Source: Escherichia coli (GTDB lineage: Bacteria > Pseudomonadota > Gammaproteobacteria > Enterobacterales > Enterobacteriaceae). Taken from it: a stretch of 64,000 bases of DNA. Both the position numbers and the translations under genes were made by a program. The stretch lies in assembly GCF_001677475.2 (NCBI RefSeq), contig NZ_CP015229.1; one strand, given 5' to 3'. Positions 47,928-59,940 of this stretch are shown piece after piece. Each line of letters begins with the position of its first letter. The first letter of the stretch is position 1. The notes beneath the pieces are model-generated. The model did not search any database, had not been told where the DNA came from, and saw only the letters and a program-made list of their open reading frames with translations.

Positions 47928-48288
47928 CTCTCCAGCAACCAATGCCACCAGGGATAAAGCCCCCGCAACATTGCGCCTCACCGGAACCCTTCCGGCTTGC
48001 CGCTGATTTTACGATTGCTTTTTACTGTCAGCACCCGGCAATCTTCCTCATTGCGTGATGCCTTCCAGCTTAATTTCTTAATTTGCAATAGTTGCAGTTC
48101 ATATCCGGGCTGACTCCAGACTGGTAGTGAAATGCGCAATTTTGTAGAATTGCGCCTCCTCGCGACCTCCCCAGTGAATCTGTTGCCTCATTTTTTACAT
48201 ACTGCGTATTCGACTTCTCCACCTGTTGCGCAAGAGAAACTGGGTTTATTCATTTTTGCGAGGCCGACTTCTTTCTGGACAGGACTTT

Positions 48289-49560
48289 ATGCAGCACAAC
48301 ACACTACCGAAACACGATCAGAAAATGCCGTTTACACGCTACGACTTCGGCTGGGTTTTATTATGTATAGGCATGGCGATTGGTGCCGGAACCGTGCTGA
48401 TGCCAGTACAAATTGGCTTGAAGGGAATTTGGGTATTTATTACCGCAGCGATCATTGCTTATCCTGCCACCTGGGTAGTGCAGGACATTTATTTAAAAAC
48501 CCTTTCTGAAAGCGATTCCTGTAATGACTACACCGATATTATCAGTCATTACCTGGGGAAGAACTGGGGAATTTTCCTCGGGGTTATCTACTTTTTGATG
48601 ATTATCCACGGGATTTTTATCTACTCTCTCTCCGTGGTTTTCGACAGCGCCTCGTACCTGAAAACCTTCGGTTTAACCGATGCCGATCTTTCACAATCTC
48701 TACTTTATAAAGTCGCTATTTTCGCCGTACTGGTGGCGATTGCGTCTGGTGGTGAACGATTACTGTTTAAGATTTCCGGGCCAATGGTGGTGGTCAAAGT
48801 AGGGATTATTGTCGTGTTCGGTTTTGCGATGATCCCGCACTGGAATTTCGCCAATATAACCGCCTTCCCGCAAGCCTCCGTCTTTTTCCGCGATGTCCTG
48901 CTTACCATTCCATTTTGCTTCTTTTCTGCAGTATTTATTCAGGTACTTAACCCAATGAATATTGCCTATCGTAAACGGGAAGCGGATAAAGTACTGGCAA
49001 CCCGGCTCGCGCTGCGTACCCACCGAATTAGTTATATCACGCTCATCGCGGTGATCCTGTTTTTTGCCTTTTCGTTTACCTTCTCAATTAGCCACGAAGA
49101 AGCCGTTTCTGCCTTTGAACAAAATATCTCGGCACTGGCACTGGCCGCGCAGGTGATCCCTGGGCATATCATTCATATCACCTCTACGGTGCTGAATATC
49201 TTTGCCGTACTGACCGCATTCTTTGGCATTTATCTCGGTTTCCACGAGGCTATTAAAGGCATTATTCTCAATCTGTTAAGCCGAATTATTGATACCAAGA
49301 AAATTAACTCACGCATGCTGACTCTGGCGATCTGCGCTTTTATCGTCATTACGTTGACGATTTGGGTTTCGTTTCGTGTATCGGTGCTGGTGTTCTTTCA
49401 GTTGGGAAGCCCGTTATATGGCATTGTGTCGTGCCTCATTCCATTTTTCCTGATCTATAAAGTCGCACAACTGGAAAAACTTCGCGGGTTTAAAGCCTGG
49501 CTGATTCTGCTGTACGGCATTTTGTTATGCTTGTCGCCACTGTTGAAGCTGATTGAGTAA
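48289..49560 (+). CDS. yhjV: Amino-acid permease-family inner membrane transporter, 423 aa
   Basis: Protein [39 protein letters not shown]...; ATG at 48289 is in frame with the ORF-track entry that starts at 48226. Confidence 0.9.
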   Translation: MQHNTLPKHDQKMPFTRYDFGWVLLCIGMAIGAGTVLMPVQIGLKGIWVFITAAIIAYPATWVVQDIYLKTLSESDSCNDYTDIISHYLGKNWGIFLGVIYFLMIIHGIFIYSLSVVFDSASYLKTFGLTDADLSQSLLYKVAIFAVLVAIASGGERLLFKISGPMVVVKVGIIVVFGFAMIPHWNFANITAFPQASVFFRDVLLTIPFCFFSAVFIQVLNPMNIAYRKREADKVLATRLALRTHRISYITLIAVILFFAFSFTFSISHEEAVSAFEQNISALALAAQVIPGHIIHITSTVLNIFAVLTAFFGIYLGFHEAIKGIILNLLSRIIDTKKINSRMLTLAICAFIVITLTIWVSFRVSVLVFFQLGSPLYGIVSCLIPFFLIYKVAQLEKLRGFKAWLILLYGILLCLSPLLKLIE

Positions 49561-49589
49561 ACCGGAGCGCATGGCCCCGGTTTTGTGAG

Positions 49590-50594
49590 TTAACGCTGCG
49601 GATTTTCATCCTGATCAACAGCAAAACAAGCTACCAGTTGACCGCCGTAGTCTTTTAGCTGCGGCTGCAACTGGGTGCAGGGGCCGAAGCGCCGACGACA
49701 GCGGGCGTTAAACGCGCAGCCCGGCGGTGGATTGAGCGGGCTTGGCAGTTCACCGGTGAGCTTGATGCGCTCGCGGCGATCGTCCGGGTTCAGGCGCGGC
49801 GTCGCGGAGAGTAGCGCCTGAGTGTACGGATGACGCGGGTTATTGAAGATTTGGTCCTTCGTTCCCTTCTCCACGCAGCGGCCCAAGTACATCACCATCA
49901 CTTCATCGGCAATGTGCTCAACCACTGACAGGTCGTGCGAGATAAAGACATAAGACAGCCCCAACTCCTGCTGCAAATCCATCATCAGATTCAGCACCTG
50001 CGCACGCACTGAAACGTCCAGCGCGGAAACCGGTTCATCGGCAATCACCACATCCGGGTCGAGCATCAGACCTCGGGCAATGGCGATACGCTGACGCTGA
50101 CCGCCGGAGAACATATGCGGATAGCGGTCGTAATGCTCGGTTTTCAGGCCGACTTTCGCCATCATCGACAGGGCTTTTTCCCGACGCTGTTCTTTGCTTA
50201 AGCTGGTGTTGATCAGCAGCGGCTCTTCGAGAATTTGCCCAACTTTTTTACGCGGATTCAGCGAACCGTAAGGGTTCTGGAAGACAATCTGGATTTTCTG
50301 CCGACGCAGCTTCTGCGCCTGCGGATCGTGCTTAAGCAGATCCTGCCCCTGGTAATACAGCTCGCCGCCGGTGGGCGTTTCAATCATCGTCAGCAACCGA
50401 CCGAGGGTCGATTTACCGCAGCCAGATTCGCCCACTACTGCCAGCGTTTTGCCACGTTCAAGGTTAAACGAAACACCATCCAGCGCCTTCACCAGACGTT
50501 CCGGTGCGAACATACCTTTCTTCACCGGATAATGTTTTTTCAGGTCGATAGCCTGCAACAGCGGTTGTTGCGAGGTGGCCTCTTGCGTACTCAT
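49590..50594 (-). CDS. dppF: Dipeptide ABC transporter ATP-binding protein DppF, 334 aa
   Basis: Walker A (GESGCGKST), ABC signature (FSGGQRQR); last gene of the dpp operon. Confidence 0.95.
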   Translation of the reverse strand: MSTQEATSQQPLLQAIDLKKHYPVKKGMFAPERLVKALDGVSFNLERGKTLAVVGESGCGKSTLGRLLTMIETPTGGELYYQGQDLLKHDPQAQKLRRQKIQIVFQNPYGSLNPRKKVGQILEEPLLINTSLSKEQRREKALSMMAKVGLKTEHYDRYPHMFSGGQRQRIAIARGLMLDPDVVIADEPVSALDVSVRAQVLNLMMDLQQELGLSYVFISHDLSVVEHIADEVMVMYLGRCVEKGTKDQIFNNPRHPYTQALLSATPRLNPDDRRERIKLTGELPSPLNPPPGCAFNARCRRRFGPCTQLQPQLKDYGGQLVACFAVDQDENPQR

Positions 50595-51574
50595 AGTGTG
50601 GGCCTCCCGGCATCATCAAGTGGGTAATGGCATTTGGACTGACGCCCGTCAGCGAGCATATTCAGCGCCGGTTCTTCAGCACGGCATTTGTCAGTGGCGT
50701 AGGGGCAGCGCGGGTTAAGCAGGCAGCCGTTCGGGCGGTCATACTTGCCAGGAACAACACCTGGCAACGACGCCAGACGTTCTTTGTCCTGAGCAAATTC
50801 CGGCAGCGCACGCAGCAATGCCTGAGTATACGGGTGACGCGGCGCATGGAAGATGGCGTGCGCATCGCCCGTTTCCACCACCTGACCTGCATACATCACG
50901 ATGATTTTATGTGCCGCTTCCGCCACCAGCGCCAGGTCATGAGTGATCAACACCAGCGCCATGTTCTCTTTCTGCTGTAGCTCCAGCAGCAGTTCGATAA
51001 TTTGCGCCTGAATGGTCACGTCCAGCGCAGTGGTTGGTTCATCGGCAATCAGCAGCTTTGGCCGACAGGCAATCGCCATGGCGATCATCACGCGCTGGCT
51101 CATGCCGCCGGAAAGCTGATGCGGGTAAACATCCAAACGCGAAGCCGGATCGGGAATACCGACCAGATTCAGCAGGTCAATCGCTCGCTGACGGCGGGTA
51201 CTTTTGTTGCCGCCCTGATGCACCTTAATCGCTTCCATGATCTGGAAACCCACGGTGTAGCACGGGTTAAGGCTGGTCATCGGGTCCTGGAAGATCATCG
51301 CCACTTCGGCACCCACCAGGTTGCGGCGCTCTTTTTCTGAGATACGCTGTAAATCCTGACCGTTAAACTCCAGCTTTTCCGCCATTACGCGGCCCGGATA
51401 ATCAATCAGCCCCATAATCGCCAGCGAACTGACCGATTTACCAGAGCCGGACTCACCCACAATCCCGACCACTTCGCCCTGTTTTACGCTGTAGCTGATG
51501 CGGTCTACGGCGCGGAACGGTGCGCTTTCGTCACCGAAATGCACCGATAATTTATCTACATTTAATAACGCCAT
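50591..51574 (-). CDS. dppD: Dipeptide ABC transporter ATP-binding protein DppD, 327 aa
   Basis: Walker A (GESGSGKS), ABC signature (LSGGMSQR); stop overlaps the dppF start by 4 bp. Confidence 0.95.
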   Translation of the reverse strand: MALLNVDKLSVHFGDESAPFRAVDRISYSVKQGEVVGIVGESGSGKSVSSLAIMGLIDYPGRVMAEKLEFNGQDLQRISEKERRNLVGAEVAMIFQDPMTSLNPCYTVGFQIMEAIKVHQGGNKSTRRQRAIDLLNLVGIPDPASRLDVYPHQLSGGMSQRVMIAMAIACRPKLLIADEPTTALDVTIQAQIIELLLELQQKENMALVLITHDLALVAEAAHKIIVMYAGQVVETGDAHAIFHAPRHPYTQALLRALPEFAQDKERLASLPGVVPGKYDRPNGCLLNPRCPYATDKCRAEEPALNMLADGRQSKCHYPLDDAGRPTL

Positions 51575-51584
51575 CTCGAACCTC

Positions 51585-52487
51585 TTACTGCTTCAGTTTG
51601 GGATCGAGCGCGTCACGCAGACCGTCACCCATCAGGTTAAATGCCAGCACCGTCAGCAGGATCGCCAGACCCGGGAAGGTCACGACCCACCAGGCGCTTT
51701 GCGCGAACTGCAACACATCGGAGAGCATGGTGCCCCACTCCGGCGTTGGCGGCTGCGCTCCCATGCCGAGGAAGCCAAGGGCGGCCATATCGAGAATGGC
51801 GTTAGAGAAACCGAGCGACGCCTGAACAATCAGCGGCGCAAGGCAGTTCGGGAAGATGTTTATAAACATCTGGCGCATCGCCCCGGCACCCGCCACGCGA
51901 GACGCGGTAACGTAATCGCGATTCACCTCCACCAGCACGGCGGCGCGGGTTAAGCGCACATAGTGCGGCAAGGCAACGAAGGTTAGCGCCAGCGCGGCGT
52001 TACCAATCGACGGGCCGAAAATCGCCACCAGCACCAGTGCCAACAGCAGACTTGGCAGCGCCAGCATGATATCGACCACGCGCATGATGATGTTATCGAC
52101 CAGACCGCCAAAGTAACCGGCGATCAGGCCGAGAATAACGCCCATAATCAGCGATAACACAACTACCAGACAGCCAACCAGCAGCGACAAGCGCGCGCCG
52201 TACATCAGCCGCGACAGCACATCACGGCCTACGTCATCGGTGCCCAGCAAGTGCGCCATGCTGCCGCCTTCCTGCCAGGCTGGCGGGGCGAGCAGTGCAT
52301 CGCGGAACTGTTCCGCCGGGTTATAGGGTGCAATCCAGTTGGCAAAGATCGCGATAAACAGCACGATGACGACGTAAACCAGCCCGACAACCGCGCCTTT
52401 GTTGCGTTTAAAATAGTGCCAGAACTCCTGTAACGGGGTCATCGGCACCGGTGCGCTAATCACTTTATTTTCAGTAACCTGTGACAT
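51585..52487 (-). CDS. dppC: Dipeptide ABC transporter permease DppC, 300 aa
   Basis: Binding-protein-dependent transport permease sequence, 300 aa. Confidence 0.95.
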   Translation of the reverse strand: MSQVTENKVISAPVPMTPLQEFWHYFKRNKGAVVGLVYVVIVLFIAIFANWIAPYNPAEQFRDALLAPPAWQEGGSMAHLLGTDDVGRDVLSRLMYGARLSLLVGCLVVVLSLIMGVILGLIAGYFGGLVDNIIMRVVDIMLALPSLLLALVLVAIFGPSIGNAALALTFVALPHYVRLTRAAVLVEVNRDYVTASRVAGAGAMRQMFINIFPNCLAPLIVQASLGFSNAILDMAALGFLGMGAQPPTPEWGTMLSDVLQFAQSAWWVVTFPGLAILLTVLAFNLMGDGLRDALDPKLKQ

Positions 52488-52496
52488 GATGTCCCC

Positions 52497-53516
52497 TTAC
52501 TTCTTATGACGAATACGCGGGTTCACCACGCCGTACAGCAGATCGACCAGCAGATTGACGAGGATAATCATCGTCGCCACCAGCAATACGCCACCCTGCA
52601 CTACCGGATAATCGCGGCGTTGCAGTGCGTCAATCAACCAGCGCCCCAGACCAGGCCACGAGAAGATGGTTTCGGTCAGAATCGCCCCCGCCAGCAATGT
52701 TCCCACCTGAAGGCCGATAACGGTCACTACCGGCAGCATCGCGTTACGCAGCGCGTGGACGATAATCACCCTAAGGCGGGTCAACCCTTTGGCGCGCGCG
52801 GTGCGGATATAATCTTCACCCAGCACTTCAAGCATCGAGGAGCGCGTCATACGCACAATCACCGCCAGCGGTATCGTACCCAGCACAATGGCGGGCAGGA
52901 TCATATGCGCGACGGCATCGATAAAGTTACCGTCTTCACCCCAGATGGCGGTGTCGATTAGCATAAAACCGGTTAACGGATTGGAATCATCGAGGAACAC
53001 CATGTCGCTCACGCGACCGGAGACGGGCGTCAGGTTCCAGTGCACCGAAACCAGCATGATCAGCATCATGCCCCACCAGAAGATCGGCATCGAGTAGCCG
53101 GTCAGCGCCAGACCAACCGCCGTGTGATCGAAAATGGAACCGCGTTTAACCGCAGCCAGCACACCGACCGGAATACCGACCGCAGTCGCAAAAATCATCG
53201 CGCAGACACCAAGCTCCAGCGTGGCCTGAAAGCGCGGCACGAACTCTTCCCAAACCGGGATGCGGCTTTTCATCGAAATGCCTAAATCGCCGTGCATTAC
53301 GCTCCAAATGTAATTGAGATACTGCTGCCACATCGGTTTATCTAAGCCGAGTTCAGCCAGCAGCTGCGCGTGACGCTCTGGGGAGATCCCACGTTCGCCC
53401 GCCATGATCATCACCGGATCGCCGGGGATCATGTGGACAAAGGCAAAGGTGAGAAGGGTAATACCGATAAACGTGGGGATGACGAGTCCCAAACGTCGGA
53501 GAATAAACTGCAACAT
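52497..53516 (-). CDS. dppB: Dipeptide ABC transporter permease DppB, 339 aa
   Basis: Protein MLQFILRRLGLVIPTFIGITLLTFAFVHMIPGDP...; start trimmed to the ATG at 53514-53516. Confidence 0.9.
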   Translation of the reverse strand: MLQFILRRLGLVIPTFIGITLLTFAFVHMIPGDPVMIMAGERGISPERHAQLLAELGLDKPMWQQYLNYIWSVMHGDLGISMKSRIPVWEEFVPRFQATLELGVCAMIFATAVGIPVGVLAAVKRGSIFDHTAVGLALTGYSMPIFWWGMMLIMLVSVHWNLTPVSGRVSDMVFLDDSNPLTGFMLIDTAIWGEDGNFIDAVAHMILPAIVLGTIPLAVIVRMTRSSMLEVLGEDYIRTARAKGLTRLRVIIVHALRNAMLPVVTVIGLQVGTLLAGAILTETIFSWPGLGRWLIDALQRRDYPVVQGGVLLVATMIILVNLLVDLLYGVVNPRIRHKK

Positions 53517-53666
53517 AACCCGGATTCTCTGTAGTGACCCGCAGCCTGGAACTGCGTGTCTGTATTGCTCACAAATCAATTCCCGCCCGTGCCGGACAGG
53601 GAATGAAGTATTGCTGCCGGATGGCGCTGCACGCAGAGATGCAGCGCCACCGGGTATGGCTTTTAA

Positions 53667-55274
53667 TTATTCGATAGAGACGTTTTCGAAGTGATGTTTG
53701 CCTAATGGATCAACCACATAGCCTTTAACTTCTTTGCGTACCGGTTCAAACACGGTGGAGTGAGCGATGATCAGTGCCGGAGCCTGATCGTGCATCACCA
53801 CCTGCGCTTGCTTGTACAGTTCAACGCGTTTGTTGTGGTCGTCGGTAGCACGCGCCGGTTGAATCAGATCTTCAAACGGTTTGTAGCACCATTTTGAGTA
53901 GTTAGAACCTTGTTCAGAGGCGGCGCAGCTGAACAGGGTGGCGAAGAAGTTATCCGGATCCCCATTATCGCCAGTCCAGCCCATCATTACCGTCTGATGC
54001 TCGCCATCTTTCGCACGCTTGAGATACTCACCCCATTCGTAGGTGACGATTTTGGCCTGCACGCCCACTTTCGCCCAGTCTGCCTGAATCATCTCTGCCA
54101 TGCGGCGAGCATTCGGGTTATACGGACGTTGTACCGGCATCGCCCACAGGTCGATGGAGAAACCTTTTTCCAGACCGGCTTCTTTCAGCAAGGCTTTCGC
54201 TTTTTCAGGATCGTAGGTGTAGTCCTGAACGTCGTCGTTATAGCCCCACATGGTTGGCGGGATCAGGTTTTTCGCTGATACACCCGCGCCCTGATAAACC
54301 GCTTTGATGATCGCGTCTTTGTTCACCGCGTAGGTCAGAGCCTGGCGAACTTTCACGTCATCGAGTGGTTTTTTCTGCACGTTATATGAAAGATAGCCGA
54401 CGTTCAGCCCCGGCATTTCCATCAGGTTGATGGATTTATCCTGCTTCATGCGAGCGATATCTGCCGGGTTCGGGTACGGCATCACCTGGCATTCATTCTT
54501 CTGCAATTTCGCGTAACGCACGGAAGCGTCAGGAGTAATAGAGAAGACCAGCGTATCGATCTGCGGTTTGGTGCCCCAGTAGCCATCAAACGCTTTGTAG
54601 CGAATACGGGAATCTTTTTGATACTGCTGTAACTGGAACGGACCGGTACCGATTGGGTTGAGGTCCAGTTTTTCCGGTGTACCAGCTTTCATCATCGCAT
54701 CAGCATATTCTTTTGACAGAATAGAGGCGAAGTCCATTGCCAGATCAGCGAGGAACGGCGCTTCCGGTCGAGTCAGCACAAACTGAACGGTGTTATCGTC
54801 CACCTTTTTCACTTCGCTGATCAGCTCCGGCAAGCCCATGCCTTCGAAGTATTCGTAGCTGCCGCCAGATACTTTATGGTACGGGTTTTGCGCGTTTTTC
54901 TGACGATCAAACGAGAACACCACGTCATCGGCATTCAGTTCGCGCGTCGGTTTGAATTCTTTATTGTCGTGCCACTTCACACCTTTACGCAGATGGAAGG
55001 TATAGGTTTTACCGTCTTCGCTGACTTCCCACTTTTCAGCAAGGCCCGGGATTACTTCGGTGGTGCCGATTTTAAATTCAACCAGGCGGTTATAAAGCGG
55101 CACGGAAGAGGCGTCATAGGTGGTACCGGAGGTAAACAGCTGCGGGTTAAACCCTTCCGGAGATCCTTCTGAGCAATAAACCAGAGTTTTAGCCTGAACA
55201 CTTGCTGCGACGGTCATAGCCACCAGGCTGAGACCAAGCTTCAGCATCCCTGACTTTTTCAAGGAAATACGCAT
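53667..55274 (-). CDS. dppA: Periplasmic dipeptide-binding protein DppA, 535 aa
   Basis: Protein MRISLKKSGMLKLGLSLVAMTVAASVQAKTLVYCSEGSPEGFNPQLF... (family 5 solute-binding protein). Confidence 0.95.
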   Translation of the reverse strand: MRISLKKSGMLKLGLSLVAMTVAASVQAKTLVYCSEGSPEGFNPQLFTSGTTYDASSVPLYNRLVEFKIGTTEVIPGLAEKWEVSEDGKTYTFHLRKGVKWHDNKEFKPTRELNADDVVFSFDRQKNAQNPYHKVSGGSYEYFEGMGLPELISEVKKVDDNTVQFVLTRPEAPFLADLAMDFASILSKEYADAMMKAGTPEKLDLNPIGTGPFQLQQYQKDSRIRYKAFDGYWGTKPQIDTLVFSITPDASVRYAKLQKNECQVMPYPNPADIARMKQDKSINLMEMPGLNVGYLSYNVQKKPLDDVKVRQALTYAVNKDAIIKAVYQGAGVSAKNLIPPTMWGYNDDVQDYTYDPEKAKALLKEAGLEKGFSIDLWAMPVQRPYNPNARRMAEMIQADWAKVGVQAKIVTYEWGEYLKRAKDGEHQTVMMGWTGDNGDPDNFFATLFSCAASEQGSNYSKWCYKPFEDLIQPARATDDHNKRVELYKQAQVVMHDQAPALIIAHSTVFEPVRKEVKGYVVDPLGKHHFENVSIE

Positions 55275-55854
55275 TATTCTGCTCCAATTGTGATGTTTGT
55301 TGTTTTAACCCTTTGCAGTGGGTTGTCGCTGCCTGACCTTTTTTGTTTTTTACCCGGTCGGGTCAACGTTATGAGGTGGGGATGCCGTACTAATTAACAT
55401 CAGTGTAACAGTGCGGATCCTCCATAAAATGCCCCTCGTGACCTACAATCTGTCAACAGAATGTGAAAACGTCAATACAGCCAACCGGGATTTACACCAA
55501 CGGTGAGAATCCACAAACAAAGATTAAAAAAACTTCAAACAGCTATTTGCAGCAGAGAAATTTGTGCTACTCCAACATGACCAGAACAATCAGCTTAATA
55601 TTTAGCAACATTTGGTGATTAAGTTTTATGCATTTAGTGAAAAAAATCTGAGGAAAAGGTGGATATCTGAGCGATTAATACCATGAACGCTAAAACGCAC
55701 AGCGGAAAATGCCAGCGCCAGCCATAAGTAACGCAATAATAGATTTAAGCAAATATAAAAAAAGACAATGGTTTCTGTCACAAATCCGTTAATGGATAGT
55801 GAGATATGGGGCGCAAATTTGGCAGGGAAATGTGTGATGTGTAGGTCGAATAAG

Positions 55855-55929
55855 GTGTTCACGCCGCATCCGACAATGGGCCGGCACATTTGCCTGATGC
55901 GACGCTGGCGCGTCTTATCAGGCCTAGGT
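55855..55929. repeat. REP extragenic palindromes
   Basis: GTGTTCACGCCGCATCCGACA and GCCTGATGCGACGCTGGCGCGTCTTATCAGGCC units seen directly. Confidence 0.75.
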
Positions 55930-56262
<333 letters not shown>

Positions 56263-56353
56263 AATGCGGGGCGCATCTTACTGCGCAGATACGCCCTCGT
56301 CAATCCCTTAATAGCAAAATGCCTTTTGATCGGCGAGAAAGTCAGCAGGCCTC

Positions 56354-58045
56354 TTAGTTAGCCGCTGCCTCTTTTGTCTGCGGGATGTGACACCAGTTGT
56401 TGTTTTCGTTAATTCCACCATCCGGTGAAGTATAGCCAAGACAACCCATGATGGTGTCGTACAGCTCTACGTGACGGCGTGGCACTTTCATGTCGGCTTC
56501 TTTTTTCAGCTGCGCAAACGCCTGCGCATTGACAGGATTTTCCAGATATTTATCTGACATCCAGACCATCATCGGTACGCGGAACTGCTCCGGCGGTGCC
56601 AGTTCACGCGGCGTGCCGTGCAGGTGCTCGCGTTCATTAATTGACTCACCGTGGTCAGCTGCGTAGAACACAATCGCTTTCTTATCGCGAACCTGATCAA
56701 TCACGCTGGAGATAAAGTGATCCACATAGGTCACCGAGTTGTCATAGGAGTTGATCATCTGCGCTTTGGTACAACCGCTATCAACACCAATACATTCCGG
56801 CTTCCACTGCGCGAAGCTACGCGGATAACGCTGGGTGTAGTTAAAGTGCGAACCTTTGGTATGCAGAATGATCAGATGCTTACCATCCGGGTTGCGCCCC
56901 AGCGATTGCTGCATTTCGTCTACCAGCAACATATCCTCTACCGGCTTGCCACGATTACGTGGCTCCGCACCAATCTGCTCACGATAAGCAATGTTGTCTG
57001 CCATCGTGTTGCTGTAGAACCACATTTCGCTTTGCATAGCGTAGAGATCAGAACTGAATCCTAACTGCTTCAATACCGCGAAAATGTTCTGTTCTTTTAA
57101 TGTGCGCTGCGGGTTATCTTCCGCCCCACCCTGTCGTACAAACATGCAACGCAGAGAAAGTTTGGTCGCCGTGTCACAAGAATAGCCACGGAACGCCGCC
57201 AGATTTTTCTCCTGGGCCAGCTTCGGCGTGGTATTACGCTCATAGCCGAAAATGCCCATATGGTCCCAACGCGTGGTTTCACCGATGATAAACACGACAT
57301 AAGTGTCATCAACGTTTTGCGGTGCCTGATAAGTGAATTTCTTCGCCGGATTAAGCAATGAATTATTATCGGAAGACTCATCGACCCGCGCCCAGGCATA
57401 TAGCCCCAACGCAGAAAGCCAGTTTGATGGCAGATAAGAGTTCGCTACGACACCGCCATAACTCGGCAAATCAACGCCGGTCGCCCTCTCCACTTTCTTC
57501 TGCTGGATATCCAGCAAACGAATCGGTGCCCAAACCATAATACCCGCCAGTACGACGACCGCCAGGCTGCGAATACGCTGTCCTGGGGTTCGCAGTTGTC
57601 GGAGCAAGGTGTAGCGACAGCGGTTATTCCAGATAAGGATAAGAGGCAATGCGCTAACGGCGATTAACCAGAGAATAAAATTCAGACCAACAACTTCTTT
57701 TGACAGGTCGATATCGGTGGTCATGACGGAAGCGATGATGCCATAACCAATGACCACATTAAGGAAGGTCATGTAATAGCTGGCACCTGCGGAAAAGAGC
57801 ACAACAAGCGATGCCAGAATACGCCAGCTGCGGCGGCCAAACAGCGAAAGAAGACGTAGTAAAAAGAAGGTCACCAGTACGGTGGCGGCCAGTTCAACAA
57901 CAGCAGAAATGCCTTTCCAGACGGTAAAATCGTGCGCATAGCTGCCGAAGCGGCGGTAAAAAACCGCGCCATTCATAAAAAGGCCAATATAGATTGCAAG
58001 CAAAAAGCTCAGCTTCTGCTGTGTAATCGATTTGATGTATCTCAT
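56354..58045 (-). CDS. eptB: Kdo2-lipid A phosphoethanolamine transferase, 563 aa
   Basis: Protein [40 protein letters not shown]...; N-terminal TM segments plus sulfatase-like domain; ATG verified at 58043-58045. Confidence 0.9.
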   Translation of the reverse strand: MRYIKSITQQKLSFLLAIYIGLFMNGAVFYRRFGSYAHDFTVWKGISAVVELAATVLVTFFLLRLLSLFGRRSWRILASLVVLFSAGASYYMTFLNVVIGYGIIASVMTTDIDLSKEVVGLNFILWLIAVSALPLILIWNNRCRYTLLRQLRTPGQRIRSLAVVVLAGIMVWAPIRLLDIQQKKVERATGVDLPSYGGVVANSYLPSNWLSALGLYAWARVDESSDNNSLLNPAKKFTYQAPQNVDDTYVVFIIGETTRWDHMGIFGYERNTTPKLAQEKNLAAFRGYSCDTATKLSLRCMFVRQGGAEDNPQRTLKEQNIFAVLKQLGFSSDLYAMQSEMWFYSNTMADNIAYREQIGAEPRNRGKPVEDMLLVDEMQQSLGRNPDGKHLIILHTKGSHFNYTQRYPRSFAQWKPECIGVDSGCTKAQMINSYDNSVTYVDHFISSVIDQVRDKKAIVFYAADHGESINEREHLHGTPRELAPPEQFRVPMMVWMSDKYLENPVNAQAFAQLKKEADMKVPRRHVELYDTIMGCLGYTSPDGGINENNNWCHIPQTKEAAAN

Positions 58046-58333
58046 GCAAACAAACCCTGGACAAACAGGTGATAACACCCTGCTTAGCGGCTTTTCAGGC
58101 CCAGCAGGGGAAAAGTGCGGAGGTAGTCAGATAAGTAAAATCTACACGCGCGAATAAGTAGACCACAGCAAAGGGAAAAAGTGTGGGGAAAGAGTGTGCA
58201 TGAAGCACAAATTTACAAAAATGCAAGTTTGAAAAGAGACTTTCATTAATTGAACGCTTAAAAGGGCCAGTTAAACGAACCCTTCAGAGAAAAAAGGTTC
58301 AGATTACCTACATCAGGCCTGAACTAATACGGA

Positions 58334-58864
58334 TCATTCATACTCGACAGAAAAGTTGACCAATGCATTTGCAGTGCCGGATGTTGCATTGGCATTCACC
58401 ACCACATAACTTGCGACGTAATGAAGTTGAGATGTTACACCAGTCACCGGCCACTCGATTGCCCCCCCACCACTTACTTTCGGAATTTGTTGTGTGCCCT
58501 TGCTATCCACAATTTTAAGGGCAACACCTATTGCTCCTCCCGAATCCAGGGAAAAAAGCGAGGAATCATTCGTATCAGGAATACCGTCCATTGTGACTTT
58601 TGCCTTAATAGTGCCATCACAATCTTTCAAGTCGATCACAAAACCCTGTTCGTTTAAGACCCTTCCAACCGAAACCGGTTTCATCAGCGTCATTTTCCCC
58701 ATATCAACTTCCAGATCAGATGACTCAAACTCACATCCTTTTGCCACAACAGCAAGAGAGAATGTCAGCTTTCCTACCTCACCCAGGCTGGTTTTGGCTT
58801 CTACATTGATACAGCTTGTCAGGGCTAAAAGCGGAAATAAAATGAGCAATATATTCCTTCGCAT
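58334..58864 (-). CDS. lpfE: Fimbrial minor subunit, 176 aa
   Basis: Signal peptide (MRRNILLILFPLLALTSCINVEA) and fimbrial-subunit-like C-terminus ending ...ALVNFSVEYE; last gene of the operon. Confidence 0.75.
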   Translation of the reverse strand: MRRNILLILFPLLALTSCINVEAKTSLGEVGKLTFSLAVVAKGCEFESSDLEVDMGKMTLMKPVSVGRVLNEQGFVIDLKDCDGTIKAKVTMDGIPDTNDSSLFSLDSGGAIGVALKIVDSKGTQQIPKVSGGGAIEWPVTGVTSQLHYVASYVVVNANATSGTANALVNFSVEYE

Positions 58865-58869
58865 TGCTA

Positions 58870-59925
58870 TTACTCCATATCCAGAAAAATCGTCGCAACA
58901 CCACTGTATTGTCCGGTCGCAGGAGCATTTCCTGTCGTGCTAATGGGTTCCGCTTTTAACTTAACTGTCGCGGCGCGATGCTGTTGGGAATCATTCTGAC
59001 CCAGAGTTAAGTTTGTGCTACTATTTGCATCATTAGGCTTCAGAATATTACCGTTTGTATCCTTCACCAATACACCAATATCCGGGTTCCCCATATCGAT
59101 AGCCCGAGAATCAGCCTGGTTTGATGTGCCTTCAATCCTTAGAGAAACCTGAATTCCATTAGCAATATTCTCACAATCAAACTGGAGAGCAATTTCTTTC
59201 TCCGTTCCACCGTCTGGCATAGCACCTCGTTTATTTTTAAATGCGGAAGGTGAAAATTCACCAAAAGGGACATCCAGCACAGTTCCCGCATTAATTTCAC
59301 AACCTTGTGAGAAACGTAATTTACCTGCAATACTGACGGTAGAAAGTGGGTCTCTATAGGTATTTTTTTTCTTTGAAGCATATAATGTTGCAATTTGTGT
59401 ATAGGGTATTTCAGCTTCACCCTGAATAGGTTTTGCAATATAAAAAGACAGATAACCATCGCTACCAAACTGGCCTAAATTTTTTCCCACACAATCTTGA
59501 GATGCGTTATTTAAATTAGGAACCGGTGCATTATTCGCTGGCACAGCGATATACATACTTGGCCCTTGAATCATTGTCATCACTTCCAGTTCTTCGGTTA
59601 ACCGGTAGTATTGCTCACTGTTTATTTTTCGCGTTGCCGTAGATAAGTTACTCACGGTTTTAATTAGTGTCTCCTTTTCCGTTTTATAAGTATCAGGGCA
59701 CTCACAAATAAAGCTAAAAGGCTGCCCAACACCAGCCCATGAGTAAAGTAATCTTAATAAAGTACCCGCTTTATTTTTGCTGGCATCCATAATATCAATA
59801 TCAAATTTGACTGGGTAATCATGAACCCCTGAAGTCGATGTACATGGTCCCCAATCAGCAGCTATCGCATTATTAGCTGAAAACATTATAATTGCTGAAA
59901 AGAATAGCTTTAATATTGTCATCAT
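58870..59925 (-). CDS. lpfD: Fimbrial tip adhesin-like subunit, 351 aa
   Basis: Signal peptide, two-domain size typical of tip adhesins, C-terminal pilin-like strand (...GVATIFLDME). Confidence 0.75.
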   Translation of the reverse strand: MMTILKLFFSAIIMFSANNAIAADWGPCTSTSGVHDYPVKFDIDIMDASKNKAGTLLRLLYSWAGVGQPFSFICECPDTYKTEKETLIKTVSNLSTATRKINSEQYYRLTEELEVMTMIQGPSMYIAVPANNAPVPNLNNASQDCVGKNLGQFGSDGYLSFYIAKPIQGEAEIPYTQIATLYASKKKNTYRDPLSTVSIAGKLRFSQGCEINAGTVLDVPFGEFSPSAFKNKRGAMPDGGTEKEIALQFDCENIANGIQVSLRIEGTSNQADSRAIDMGNPDIGVLVKDTNGNILKPNDANSSTNLTLGQNDSQQHRAATVKLKAEPISTTGNAPATGQYSGVATIFLDME

Positions 59926-59940
59926 CTTATCCCTCCCTGG

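Larger units (their letters stand above)
47139..48027. repeat. Two near-identical direct repeats of about 405 bp (units about 47139-47545 and 47622-48027, period 483 bp), each holding one ldr/rdl module
   Basis: Direct comparison of the two stretches shows only scattered single-base differences; the flanks diverge after the repeat. Confidence 0.9.

Noticed and set aside
47139-48027. Possibility that the direct repeats here or at 55930-56204 are a CRISPR array
   Set aside because: Only two copies each, units of 107 to about 405 bp, no short regular repeat-spacer periodicity and no cas genes anywhere in the window.
47372-48058. Plus-strand ORFs (109 and 67 aa) within the ldr/rdl repeats
   Set aside because: They overlap the rdl RNA and ldr leader in both repeat copies and begin at the same relative position, so they are repeat-derived reading frames; the functional products here are the 35-aa Ldr peptide and the antisense RNA.
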